Part shown: in pieces, positions 1-17,654 of the stretch
Position numbering within the stretch: the stretch's first letter is position 1
Layout of the letters: each line of letters begins with the position of its first letter
Source of the DNA: Lingula anatina
Lineage: Eukaryota; Animalia; Brachiopoda
Assembly (NCBI GenBank): GCA_051362555.1
Contig: CM120640.1
Location: forward strand, 33,251,967-33,315,966
DNA: 64,000 nt
Direction: 5' to 3'
Program-made: the position numbers and the translations under genes
Notes under the pieces: model-generated
What the model saw: the letters and a program-made list of their open reading frames with translations, nothing else
Told to the model about the DNA's origin: nothing
Database searches by the model: none

Positions 1-2127
1 TGACACTTTATTAATTAAAACATACATTACTAGAGATGTTATTGATCGTGCGGATATACGCTTTATTCAGTTTCAGGGGTGCTTTTCGATAAAATGGTTC
101 TCTGACATATACCAGGTGACGTTATCTCACACGTAACTATTCGTTTTCTACAATAAAATCATATTTCATACGCTTTCATATTTCAATCAATTGTGTGAAG
201 CAAACAGAAGAATATATTTTGATCTTGAAATAACCATTTTTTCCCTCAGAGCAATATCTTTATCACAAGTCTTCGATTCAATATATGGCACATCCCATTT
301 CTATTACACCAATCAAAAAGCTGTGAAGATCTTGTTCATTGCGAAAGCAATGCATACTAAAACTCGCAAAATATTTCCAAGCATTGCACATTTTCCTTTA
401 AGATAATGACAAAAGAATCAACAATCATTCGATTTTGAGGTTCGGTCGAAATGGATGCATTGTTTAAACTTCAGTATCTTGTATTCATCCCAAAGATTGC
501 CCCATGTCACTGTACAGTTTGCGCAAAAACAATCAATAAGCTGAATGTTCAAAACGGCCACGATGGCTTTACCCATGGTGGCAATGAAAACAAAATGAAA
601 AGAGCTGTCCAACTTGGACACTTTCATATTTTACTATAACAAAGACTTTAGTATAACAAAGATTTGGAATCATGGTTTGGAACATCTGTTTCTATGGTCT
701 CGGTGGTAACAAAATGTATACTGATGCGACATCCATTGTTTCTAAAAATTAGGGGGAACTAATTAGTTTGCTGAATTTTTATATACATAAAACCTTTTAA
801 GCACCTTTTTAAAAACACATTGTTGTATCTATTAGTATAATTCGATTTCGAAAAATAAAAAGAAAGGCATTTTGCCATTCCATCCGCTCTTAGCGAGTGC
901 AGTATCTTTGGCAGACTAGTTTGTAAAATGGTCTTACGGAATTTCACTTTGGTCAATTTAAACAGCCCATTGATGAAGACAAAGTGCAAGTAAGATATTA
1001 CTTCACAGAAAATGGTGCAAAGCCAAAAAGAAAAAAAAGAGAGAGGGAGACTAAGAAAACGTTGTTAAATTGAAACTTGACAGTACAACAAGTCCTACCT
1101 TGTATATATTTCCCACTCCTATTGTATTTTCCTAATTGACAACTCCAGGCAACTTTGAAGCATGCAAGCCGAACGCTGTAATAATATATAAAGAAATAGT
1201 TCCTATGGAAACGGGATTCACTTTCCAGTCGCAAAGTGGGTAGGCCCAAGAAGGCGGAGAGATGCAAACAGGCGACAACTGATTGACGTAAACTATTCAC
1301 ACAGACCACGCATTGCTGGCCAATCAGCCCGGATATTTGCAGAAGGCATTGGCTTTGTATACAATTCCTCAGAGACTCAAGACGGAAATGACATAGTGTA
1401 GGACATATTGGATGTTGAAAACCCAGAGAGATTTCTAACTGTTAGAAGGTTGAAAGTACAGCATTAACGTGGGAAACTCGTATCATTTTTTCACTTGAAG
1501 GAACTGCATCGGGCTAATATATAATTAGTGCAATGTGTAATTACAACAATTTAAAAGATAAACAGCAGGTCAAGTCATGTGTTTAGATAAACGCGTGGCA
1601 CTCCCTACAGTCTATTAATAATCCATAGGTCGTCATACAGTTCCGGGTATCAGTTAGTAAACCCGGGGTGTGGCTTTCTTACACACTGGGATTTACGTTT
1701 CATATTGAAAATCCATAATGAAATAATAATGAAAACGACAACACCAACCTGGGCTTTATAATTAGTAGGTGCTTAATTGATGCAGCTATGAAATTACGCT
1801 TCATTATATATTTATCATTGCCCGTCAATATCATTTTAGTGCGTGATAAGGGAAACCCTAAAGGCTTCTGCTAGAGGACTCTGGAAACTCAACTCGCGGC
1901 TAATATCATGTTTTATTGATAGTTGAGAGGTGAGTTTCCAGTGTCCTCTCATACTTGGGTGACCTCTGACGAACATTTTTAACAGGAGATATGTGACAAT
2001 ACACAAACGTCGGTCAGCGAACTTAAGTTTCTCGCGTTACAAATTGTATTTCATATTATCACATCTGCTTAATGAACAGTGCACTCGTTAGAAACTCATT
2101 TCGCACCACCTGCCGCCATTTCCGACA

Positions 2128-2660
2128 CTAAACATTGCCGCTATATCTGTGTAAAGTGTCAAATAATGTGACATTTAGTGAATCAGAAAGGCAGGCTAAG
2201 TCTAATAATATCCGTATGTTTACTATATCTCTTGGAAACTTAAGAGGTCTTTTGATTTTTTTATAATTCACTTTGAAAGGTATTTTGACATCTGTACACG
2301 GATAAAAAGTCCTTACCAACCATTGCTTTGAAGAGTCCCAAACTAAGGAATGCTTTATGATGAAATATTTTGAAGATAACCTTTACTCTTCATTAGTTTG
2401 ACAGGCCCAAACTGGGCTAAAGATAGGTGAACAAATTACATCTACATCAACTTCCTGTATTTTCACTTCGCTTGAAAATGGACATCCTTCAATTTCATTA
2501 TTGTGAAAGTACTAGTACAGTGATAAATCTCTGTAACCCCAACAGGCTAATGATATAGTGGAGGAATTATTTGCTTATTCTGCATCATTTTCGTCCATAA
2601 GAAAAGCCATACTCCTTTGTAGTTATTCCGAGCCACTGTTCGTAATGTCCAATGTCATGC
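2128..2660 (-). pseudogene. Possible degenerate coding relic
   Basis: One minus-strand frame gives ~175 protein-like codons with only 3 internal stops, including ..YFHNNEIEGCPFSSEVKI.. Confidence 0.25.
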
Positions 2661-3947
2661 AACTAATGTTGTTTAAAAGAATACATTATATACGCAAATT
2701 TTATAAGGTAATTGAAAAAAGATCAATTTACACAGTTTTCAAAATCGACATTTATGTGTTAAGGATATCGCCAGACGATTAACACGTTAATCACGCTTTG
2801 TATATAAGTTCATTTTGTATGTCACAAAGGCCTTTCAGATAGATGCATCGATGGTTAACTGAAAATGGCCAACTCTGAAAAGTTCATACAAGAGAAAGGG
2901 AGAAATTAATATTATTAATATTAATTGTTTTGCTTTTCTTTCAATTTCTCTAAGGAATTAAGACGGACATTGAAAAGATATAAAAATCATAAAATAAATA
3001 ATACAACGTTCTGTTGTTGTTGTACCTAGGAATTTATAAAGGACAGTTACGTGAATTCCATTTTCCTTTTAGCACTCTATTAACGTCAAAACACTCTTTT
3101 AAAGACATGAAATAACAACCAACCTCGTTCTCGGAAAATTGCAGTTTTTAAAATTAAGTTTAAACCATTTGAAGACGGTGGAGTGGTTCTAAAAAACGCA
3201 TATTCATGAGGTATGATTGAGCTTCGGCCTCAACAAAGGGACGGTATTTGTTTTCAATTTGATTAAAGAAAAAGAAACTTTTTATTAGATTTTTCGTCCA
3301 AACCTTTTAAGCGAATTGCGTGACGCGAAACCCAACCATTATTTGGAATTAACCAGGACTTGAGAAGTAGGCCTATCTGACACGCAGTGTTTGTGCAATC
3401 GTTTTTCGATTATTGGCTTCCTTTCTTGTGAACCATTATCATTATCCTTAATTCACAAAACAGAATGTAGGCGATAAGAAGTGTCATTTATAGGCCAAAA
3501 AATCTGCTTTTGAGGTTGTGTGGTAAATGCCGCCTTGTAAGTCTATTATAGATAGCACCTTCCGGCATGCCTTGATCATGTGTGATCATATATCGAGCTG
3601 AAAACATAACAGCAGCATCATTTTTTTTTTATTTTTTTGAATTCTGAAATATCAATGACAAACAGATCTCAAGCCGCTCCCGAACGGATATTGACACCTT
3701 TTTTATCGTCTCCTAAGCCTATTTAATCAAATAAATACGTAAGTATTGCAATCCGGTAAAATTCTCTGGAATGGCTTATTTACCTGTATGAAATTATCAA
3801 TATAGAAACGAATTCCTGCCTTTGTTTATTGGAACGTCGTAATTATGGGCTCATATCTCCTAAAGTAACAGTAAAACCCAAGGCTAGTACGGGTTTGTAA
3901 TTCACACCCTACTCGCCAACCATGGCTATTTTCATGATAATATCTTA

Positions 3948-4131
3948 GACTGGGTTCCCACAGATTTAGATCGATCCATCTGGATCGACCTTACTCTCTG
4001 GGGGTTCACGATAAATTGCTCTCAGCTTCCTTTAGTAGGCGGGACAGACATTTAAGCCAGTCGAGCTGACAGCAATCTAGTGAGACTTCCCAGGGGGATA
4101 GATCGATCTAAATATCTGTGGGAAATGTCTC
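3948..4131. mobile_element. PIF/Harbinger (Tourist)-like MITE, family A, copy 1
   Basis: Inverted ends ttcccacagat..ttagatcgatc / gatcgatctaa..atctgtgggaa; TTA on both flanks; the insertion is absent from the duplicated segment at ~5692-5705. Confidence 0.75.
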
Positions 4132-5065
4132 TTAGTTACGGAGCTCGGAAACCGATAACTCACACCAATTTCGAAACAGGGAAATTGATAAATGATTGCC
4201 CACTTTGTGTGCAGAAGCGTCTGGTGGTTAATAGCCTACAACAGTAAATAAGGAATGTTTGTTCTATATGTATTGACCTTATTGCCTCAATATTAAGATA
4301 AGATTTTTACATAAAGGAAATGTCTTTATAACATTTCGAACCCCTTTAAGCATGTATGATGGGCTTGCCATCAAAACGGAAAAGGATTTAGTTATTTTGA
4401 AACACAAATCGAAAATGTGTGTGGCGTAAGGTTTATCTTTAAATTATGCCCGAGTCGGGTGTATGACGAGGTCTCTTTGGTTGAAAATAATCATTATGAG
4501 CTATACTACACATCAAAACGTGTAATATTTTCGAATAACTTTTAAAGTTCATCGCTTTACTACGACTGAGGTCATGAAGGAAAAAAATAACGATGGCGGG
4601 GCTGTAATAAACGTACGATTTACATAGTTTTCAAAATCGACATGTACGTGAATTCCATTTACTTTCTAGGCCCTCTAGATCTGTTGACACCAAAACATAA
4701 AATAACAACCAACCTCGTTCTCGGAAAATTGCACTTTAATATTAGTTTAAAACATTTGAAGTCAGTGAAGTGGTGTAAAAATGCATATTCATGATTGAGC
4801 TTCGATCTTTACAGAGGAAAGAGTATTATTATTATTATTATTATTATTTTTTTTTTGATTAAAGAAACTCCTAATTAAAAATTTCGACCTAACCTTTTAA
4901 GGGAATTGCGTGACGTGAAACTCAACCATTATTTGGAATTGTGCAATCGTTTTTCGATGATTGGCTTCATATCTTATGAACCATCATCATTATCCTTAAT
5001 TCACAAAACAGAATGGCCTTTATTTTTCATTTGCCAACTTTTTGCTCCAATAGCTGTTGTAGTTT

Positions 5066-5253
5066 CAGGGGCGGATTTAGGCCGTCTTCTGGGTCTTCCG
5101 GAAGACGGTCAGATTTTTAAGTTTACATTGACGGGTATCTAATGTTTTCTGTCGGTCAAAAATGGAGGATGGATTAAGACGGTCAAAAATGGAGGATGGA
5201 TTAACAAAGATAATTTGGAAGACTGTCAGAAAATATCCCTGGATCCGCCCCTG
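5066..5253. mobile_element. Non-autonomous TIR element (CAGGGGCGGAT ends) with a 5-bp TSD
   Basis: TIR caggggcggat / atccgcccctg; AGTTT duplicated at 5061-5065 and 5254-5258; empty site at ~6331-6350. Confidence 0.8.
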
Positions 5254-6069
5254 AGTTTCACGTATTTTTCTTAATTTATCTTGGTTGCACTCATTAACCT
5301 ACTAATATTATGGCAGTTATAGGCCTATAATAAGGGGGATGTTTGATTCTTTCCCTATTATTGGGTTTTTGTATCTTATTATTTTTCGTCATTAATAAAT
5401 GATAATTTTCAATGTAGGCGATAAGAAGAAAAAAAAAAACGGAATAATTACCGTAAATGTAAACGAAATGTGTCGAATTTTGAAAGCAACCTGCCTCTTT
5501 ACATAAAAAAGGCACTCAGTAAATTTAAAGTAAAACAAAAATATGAAGTGGAACTTATGGGGCGAACGTCATGTGTCAGACAGCAACAGCGACGGCGACG
5601 ACGCGGACAACAGACCAATCAGAAAAGTAAAACCAAAGGCTTGCACCAGCTTGTAATTCACACCCTACTCATCAACCGTGCCTATTTTCATGTCTTGGTT
5701 ACCGAGTTCGGAAACCATCTCAAAACAGGAAAATTGATAAATGATTTGTGCGCAGAAACGCGTGGTGGCGAATACAACAGTAAATAAGGAATGTTTTGCT
5801 TTAAAAGTATTTAGCTTATTGCACTAATATTAAGATAAGATTTTTAGCTTAAAGAAATGTCTTTAAAACATGTCAAAACCCCTTCAGCATGTATAATGGG
5901 CTTGCCACAAATCGAAAATGCATGTGGCGTAAGGATAAATTATCTTTCAATTTTATCCATCTCGTACGTACGTAAAGTTCTCTTTGATTAAAAATGATAT
6001 TGTTCTATGTTGCACATCAAATCGTGTAACATTCTGAATAACTTGAGCTTTGATCTAAACAGAGGAAAG

Positions 6070-6071
<2 letters not shown>

Positions 6072-6123
<52 letters not shown>

Positions 6124-6124
6124 T
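6072..6124. repeat. (TAT)n microsatellite
   Basis: Direct read; a shorter version lies in the duplicate at 4823-4848. Confidence 0.9.
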
Positions 6125-6840
6125 TGATTAAAGAAATAGAAACTCCTAATTAAAAATTTCGACCTAACCTTTTAAGGGAATTGCGTGACGTGAAACTCAA
6201 CCATTATTTGGAATTGTGCAATCGTTTTTCGATGATTGGCTTCATATCTTATGGACCATTATCATTATCCTTAATTCACAAAACAGAATGGCCTTTATTT
6301 TTCATTTGCCAACTTTTTGCTCCAATAGCAGTTGTAGTTTCACATATTTTTCTTAATTAATCTTGGTTGCACTCATTAACCTACTAATATTATGGCAGTT
6401 ATAGGCCTATAATAAGGGGGATGTTTGATTCTTTCCCTATTATTGGATTTTTGTATCTTATTATTTTTCGTCATTAATAAATGATAATTTTCAATGTAGG
6501 CGATAAGAAGTGTCACATATAAACCAAAAATTCTGCTTCTGAGGTTGTGTGGTAAATGCCGCCTTATAAGTCTATTATATCCCTTGATCATGTGTGATCA
6601 TATATCGAGCTGAAGACGAAACAGCAGCATTTTTTTGTCGAAAGCTAAAATATCAATGAAAAACAGATCTCACGAACAGATATCGCCTCTTTAGCTTATT
6701 TAATCAAATCAATAAGTGCGTCAATCCGGTGAAATTCTCTTGAATGACTTACTTACCTGTACGAAATTAACAGGAAACAAACAAATAAATACTTTTGTTT
6801 AGTGGAATGTCGCTATTATGGGCTCATATCTCCTAAAGAA

Positions 6841-7527
6841 ACTAGACAGCAGAGCTGGCAAATATACAGACACCATACAGGGAACAAGGCAGCAAAGCTG
6901 ACAAATGTTCAGATATTACACAGAAAAAAAAGTGCACCAAATAATGTTTTTGCCAATTTTGATGCACTGTTACATATTGCTTTAAAGAAGCATAACCACT
7001 CTTACCCTCTTCCATTATGTACGACAGGTAACATGAACATTGAAAAACTATCTAGTGATTCATGGGATGTAAAAGCTACTGCAAATGCTAATGTGTGAAA
7101 AAGTGAAAAAAAATCACAAAAAAAAAAAAATAAAATAAAAAAACGGTTTGGCAGTTATGGGACAAACGTCACCAAAAATTGTGAAAAAAAAAAGAATAAT
7201 TACCGTAAATAACTTTCGAAATCAACCTGCCTCTTTAAACAAACAAAAACATTCAGTGAATTTAAAGTAAAACAAAAATACGGTTTGGAACTTATGGGGC
7301 GAACCTTACCAAAATTGTGGCCAAAAAAAACAAAAAAACAACGGAATAATTACCGTAAATGTAAACGAATTGTGTCGAATTTTGAAAGCAACCTGCCTCT
7401 TTACATAAAAAAGGCACTCAGTAAATTTAAAGTAAAACAAAAATATGAAGTGGAACTTATGGGGCGAACGTCATGTGTCAGACAGCAACAGCGACGGCGA
7501 CGACGCGGACAACAGACCAATCAGAAA
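6841..7527. mobile_element. Helentron/HINE-like non-autonomous insertion with internal tandem subrepeats (3' part duplicated at ~5436-5627)
   Basis: Interrupts the duplicated unit at ctcctaaag|..|taaaacc; three subrepeats carrying ttatggg(g/a)c(g/a)aac; ends cggacaacagaccaatcagaaaag, resembling a truncated mollusc Helentron-type terminus (from memory). Confidence 0.4.
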
Positions 7528-9577
7528 AGTAAAACCAAAGGCTTGCACCAGCTTGTAATTCACACCCTACTCATCAACCGTGCCTATTTTCATGTCTTGG
7601 TTACCGAGTTCGGAAACCATCTCAAAACAGGAAAATTGATAAATGATTTGTGCGCAGAAACGCGTGGTGGCGAATACAACAGTAAATAAGGAATGTTTTG
7701 CTTTAAAAGTATTTAGCTTATTGCACTAATATTAAGATAAGATTTTTAGCTTAAAGAAATGTCTTTAAAACATGTCAAAACCCCTTCAGCATGTATAATG
7801 GGCTTGCCACAAATCGAAAATGCGTGTGGCGTAAGGATAAATTATCTTTCAATTATATCCATCTCGTACGTACGTAAAGTTCTCTTTGATTAAAAATGAT
7901 AATGTTCTATGTTACACATCAAATCGTGTAACATTCTGAATAACTTCTTAAAGTCCATTGCTTACTTTGACCGAGGCCATGAAGTGAAAAAAAAAAAAAA
8001 AAAAAAACGATGGCGTGACTGTAATAAACGTCCGATATTCTTCCTCTAATATTTTTGCTAAACACCATTGCACACGAATGCGTAGGCCCTTCACTTCCTT
8101 CACAAGCCCGATTTTATTTCCTCGTCTAAATTTCTCACACTACGTTGCTGTGTTCTGAATTCAATCTTCTATAAATGGAAAAAATGTTGAGTCTTCGTAG
8201 TGAAATCGGCATTTTAATTCCAAGTAAAGTTCAGGAACTTACCCACCTTTTACCTTACGGAAAATAACTTGTAACTTTCAGTGCATTGTTTTGGTGATTA
8301 AATTTATAATAGGATACATCTACAGATGTCCTTAGGATAAAACATCCCGGATCCGACTCAACATTAAATGGAATTAACAATCAAAATTTATGATTGAAAT
8401 TACAATTGAGGAAAGGCAAGTAGTTTAATCGTCAATTGACCCAATTTTGCAGTCTATCCCAAGTCATTATTGAGAATTTCCACAGATATAAATACTTAAA
8501 GCTCAGAGGTATTTTTTAAATCTTGGTAAAACAATTTATCCCTTCTTTGGTGGGATCTCCCCAGGAGCTCTTTCAAGTCTTAAGTCAACACGCATTCTGA
8601 CTAACAGAAGAACCATAACTTTATGAATTAGCAATGTATATTTACAAACTGTAAAACATTTTGACATTTTCAATGGAAAACCTACAGAATAATTTTTGAT
8701 TTTAATAGGTCATTTGTGCTGAGATACAAAAGCTCTACTTGTCTACTATAAATGTATAAATAGTTTCTCCCAGTCCATGATGAATGATCTGGCCAAGTTA
8801 TTTCTTTAAAACCATGGTTCTTTATAATCACCTTCAATAAATAACCCATTTGCAATTCCCACAGCTAATTTGACATTTCATCACCACTTCCTCCAGGGTT
8901 ATTTTGACGTTTATTTGCAATATTATGTTATTTCCCACTGCAAAGTACAATTGCTTCCCAAAATATTCACAGAAGACAATCCTGCATTACCCGATGGCAA
9001 TTCCTCATGTATTCCCATGAGTAAAACATGATAAATCAATAACATTCTATAACAGTACAATACAAATATAACATGGACTTGGTTACTAAATTGTCATTAT
9101 GAGACTTGCCTTTTATCAATGACCTATCATTTACTATCACTTCAAATCCATCACAAGTGCTTTACACCTAATTGTCATTTTTGCAATGATACCAACATTT
9201 GCATGTATGCACAGATATTATCTTTAATCTGGTTAAATTTAATTAAATAAAACTCAATTTAGTCTTCTTTTACTATAGTGCATGAATTTGATTACTACTA
9301 AGCTCTTTAAGTATATATACACTTTTAATTATGCCACAATTATACCACTTGTTCTCAGCATACACATATTTCTACAATAACACTTCCAGCACTTCATCAT
9401 TTGAATGAACGTCATGGATTGCCAAAACATCTGTATGTGCAGATATAGAAATGAGACGGACTCAAGTGGTATATTCTCTAATCAGATGTTTTAAGAGTGT
9501 AAACACTCCAAAATCAAAGAAATGATAAAATATTTATATATATATATACAGAGAAAAAAAACCCTACACCAGAATCT

Positions 9578-14349
<4,772 letters not shown>

Positions 14350-15179
14350 CTTGCTCTAAAGAATTCATTAATAAAATTGAAAAACATGGACATATCATTT
14401 TGTAGATAACTAAATAATTAAATGATTGTACCAAAATATAATGCTGGTGTCAGCGAAAAAGCCTTCCAAAACGTATTTCCTTAAAAACTGTTTGGCTAAG
14501 ATGCTAGTTCAACTTTACATGGGAGCTTCTACCATTTTATCATTTTCACATCAAGGTGTTATGTCAGGATTCCAGGCATAAGCCAGAGAAAAAACTTCCA
14601 TTTTTTAATAAGTGCATATTAAAACTGCTTTTTGAAACCTTGCACTGGGCAACCTCTGATTTGAATATTTCCTGCTAACATTATGGTTGCACACGTGTAT
14701 GTGACAAAAAGATCACCATTTGCACATAAAGTCTTAATTAAAAGCAAAAACCTAAGAAAGGATGATAAAATATTGGTCAGCGCCAGGCATATGAATATAT
14801 CAAACTCCCTTCTTTGCATACTTAGGATACAATCTTATGGTTATGCATTTGATAAAAAATTACTATCAAGTGCTGAATGTCCCTACAGTATCAATACCTA
14901 CCGTAAATCAGTATAAATGTCAGATAAACTAACAACGTGGCAACAACACCAATCTTCAAATGGATTAAATTTCTGATTTGTTCCACAGAAAAATTGAGAG
15001 AATGAGTGGACTTATCAGTGGTTATTTTTACTTTATAATGTAACAGTAGGAAACTAATAACCAATATTACGAAAATTATATGATTAAATTGGTTTAATTC
15101 TTGTTTTCCAGTCTTTATATGGGAATTCAGTATAATGGTGCAGTTTGCAGAACTAATCACATATAGAAAATGTGAGGTC

Positions 15180-15550
15180 GAGGCCAATAATTAGGCACGT
15201 GTAATCGGGTCGCGTAATCTCTCTACATAATTCACCCATCACAGAGCCAACATGTTTTGAATAATTGACACAGAAAGGTAAGAATTACTACTTATACAGA
15301 GTCTCACCTCCTGTATAAGGAAATACTAGCGAGATTTCTGTGAACTTTTTTACGATGATCATTGGATGTTGAACTCTCGCCCAGCCCACAGTGCTCGATT
15401 TGAACTGGTATCTGGTATTACTGTTGTACATTATAAATATTTCTTGAACCTGTCTGTCTTGGTGAGAGCAAATGTTAATGAGAAAAGGAACGCGTTTGCA
15501 GTCAAATTGATTTAAAAATACATTTTTATATCTGTCCTGTACAAGGTACT
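15180..15550. promoter_or_regulatory. Putative bidirectional promoter and 5'UTR exons for PRRC1 and the fucosyltransferase
   Basis: Local CpG enrichment; minus-strand donor gag|gtgaga at ~15307; plus-strand donor aag|gtact at ~15546; acceptors just upstream of each coding exon (14356, ~15867). Confidence 0.5.
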
Positions 15551-16135
15551 GTAATGAAAATATGACTATTAGTATGTGGAAACGCCTTGGGTTAACTGAT
15601 AAAAGTTTCATGTTTACAGAATTAATAAGGGACAGTATCGAGGCATTTGTTGTATTCCAACAAGATGTGTTGGCATTATTAAAATCTTAACATTCTAATA
15701 CATTACACATTCACATATGCTTCTGTATGCGGTGTTACATGTAAATATTTAATGACAGAAATGGTTCACTGTTTGCATGAAATGTATTTGGTAGAGTGTG
15801 TATGAAATGCTGGTATTATTGCTATTTTGATTAATCCTTAAGTTTTTCATCTTTTTTTAATTTTTAGATGTGCTACACTATGTGTTATACACATGGTAAT
15901 GGAAATGTAAATGTTGGAACGAGCTGATGGGCGGTGATTTCAAGGTAACTCACATACTGGGTGTGAGCTCGAGGAACAGAGAGATGTGTAAATACTGTGC
16001 AATGGAAGCCTGATCTGACCTTGACCCACATGTCTGTAAGCTTAAGTGTGTGGGCAATATCTTTGTTAAACATCATAACGCTTTTGCTTTTCCTTTTGCG
16101 CAAACAGTCACTCAGGCTTTTGGACTGGGAAGTAA

Positions 16136-17347
16136 ATGTTGGCAGCAAGCTTTGAAAGTGAAAAAATGCACAGACGAAGGAGAAGAAGCACCAAGAAATA
16201 TCTTTATTTTGGTATCATTTCCATAGTCATCATTGTACTCATTGCATTGCGACCATGGACATATAGTCTTAAATGGAAAAATGAATCAAAGTATATGAGA
16301 TGCATTCATAGTAATGAAGAGAAGGATAATAGTGAGATATTTCAAGCCTATCCAGAGTATAACAAGGATACAAAGGTTATTCTATTGTGGACACATTTTT
16401 TTGGCTCACAGACCTGGTTTATACCTAAGCTTGGACGCTACATATTAGACAGGAACAACTGTAGTCAGAGAAACTGCCTTTTTGTCACTGACAAATGTTA
16501 CTTGGACAGAAGTGATGCCTTACTCTTCCACGCATTCCAAATTACCCAGTTCCCGAGACCAGCATTCCGACTGCCACATCAACGGTGGGCTGTGTATGCA
16601 TTAGAAAGCCCCTGTTATCATGATTTAAGTCCAATCAAAGGCACACCCTGGAATGGGGATTTTAACTGGACTATTTCCTATAGGTTTAATGCTGATATAA
16701 CAGTATATCATGGGGAAATTTTCAAACGTCCTAGCCCTGTGCATAATGATTATGATGATATAATGAAACTGAAGAAGAAACAAGTGGTATGGATGGTCAG
16801 CAATTGCCAGACAGAATCAAAAAGGGAAAAATATGTAGAAGAGTTGGCCAAGTATATACCAGTTGATATAATTGGAGCGTGTGGAAAACTACAGTGTCCA
16901 CATGGAGAGGATTGTTTAAAAAAGATTGCCTCAGAGTATAAGTTTCATTTGAGTTTTGAAAATTCGTTATCAGAGGATTACATGACAGAAAAATTCTTTA
17001 AGACCCTCCCTTATCCAATAGTTAATGTAGTCAGAAATGGCGCTAATATGGAGGCTTATCAAATTCCATCAGATTGGTACATCAACACTAGGGACTTTGA
17101 AAGCCCCAAAAAGTTAGCTGAGTACTTGAATGCACTTGATAAAGATGATACCAAATACATAAAGTATTTAAAAGCTAAGGAACAGTTTTCTTCAATTGAT
17201 ACACAGGATGAGTATTGTAAACTTTGTGAAAAACTCCATGATCCAAAGGTGCCAGTTAAGCAGCAGACTGATCTCTACACTTGGTGGAACATGGACAACT
17301 CAGGAAAAAGTAAAGCCTGTAAAGAGCCTTCAGATTTAAATTTTTAA
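16136..17347 (+). CDS. Alpha-1,3/4-fucosyltransferase (GT10), type II membrane protein, single coding exon
   Basis: 403-aa ORF with a basic cytosolic tail (HRRRRRSTKK), a TM segment (YLYFGIISIVIIVLIAL), ILLWT, ESP, FNWTISYR, WMVSNC and the GT10 motif YKFHLSFENSLSEDYMTEKF. The true start could be the second Met (MHRRRR). Confidence 0.93.
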   Translation: MLAASFESEKMHRRRRRSTKKYLYFGIISIVIIVLIALRPWTYSLKWKNESKYMRCIHSNEEKDNSEIFQAYPEYNKDTKVILLWTHFFGSQTWFIPKLGRYILDRNNCSQRNCLFVTDKCYLDRSDALLFHAFQITQFPRPAFRLPHQRWAVYALESPCYHDLSPIKGTPWNGDFNWTISYRFNADITVYHGEIFKRPSPVHNDYDDIMKLKKKQVVWMVSNCQTESKREKYVEELAKYIPVDIIGACGKLQCPHGEDCLKKIASEYKFHLSFENSLSEDYMTEKFFKTLPYPIVNVVRNGANMEAYQIPSDWYINTRDFESPKKLAEYLNALDKDDTKYIKYLKAKEQFSSIDTQDEYCKLCEKLHDPKVPVKQQTDLYTWWNMDNSGKSKACKEPSDLNF

Positions 17348-17471
17348 AAAAAGAATATTTTTTCTAAATTGATGGATGCATCGATTTTGTTTTTTGGGTA
17401 TTTAAAATTTACTTTGCAGTTATTAGACATTCTGTGTGATTTGTCTTTACACTTGTACCGTTTATCTTTAA

Positions 17472-17654
17472 GAGCCAATTCAGAACGGGACTAGCAAGTC
17501 AGCAGATCCAATATGGCGACCCACTTAAAAGCTTGCTGCTTAATTCTCAATAAGACACTGAATAGATTCCCCACGGGGATTATGCAACAAGCATTCTAGT
17601 GGGTTGGCCATATTTGATCTGCGGATCTGTTAGTCTCTGTTCTGAATGCGGCCT
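17472..17654. mobile_element. Palindromic MITE, family B, in the fucosyltransferase 3'UTR region
   Basis: Long imperfect inverted ends attcagaac...agatccaatatggcgacccac / gtgggttggccatatttgatct...gttctgaat; homologous to 46692-46873, with a partial copy at ~43250-43300. Confidence 0.7.

Larger units (their letters stand above)
2730..8035. repeat. Diverged local tandem duplication (about three mosaic copies)
   Basis: Shared blocks at 3110-3470 / 4700-5015 / 6125-6290; 5254-5430 / 6335-6510; 3470-3870 / 6495-6840; 3870-4620 / 5625-6040 / 7525-8030; near-identical 5436-6043 / 7338-7945. Confidence 0.85.

Noticed and set aside
5470-7689. Twin ORFs 5470-5787 and 7285-7689 with identical peptides
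   Set aside because: They span a repeat/duplication junction, start at non-ATG codons and have no recognisable domain; the identity reflects recent DNA duplication.
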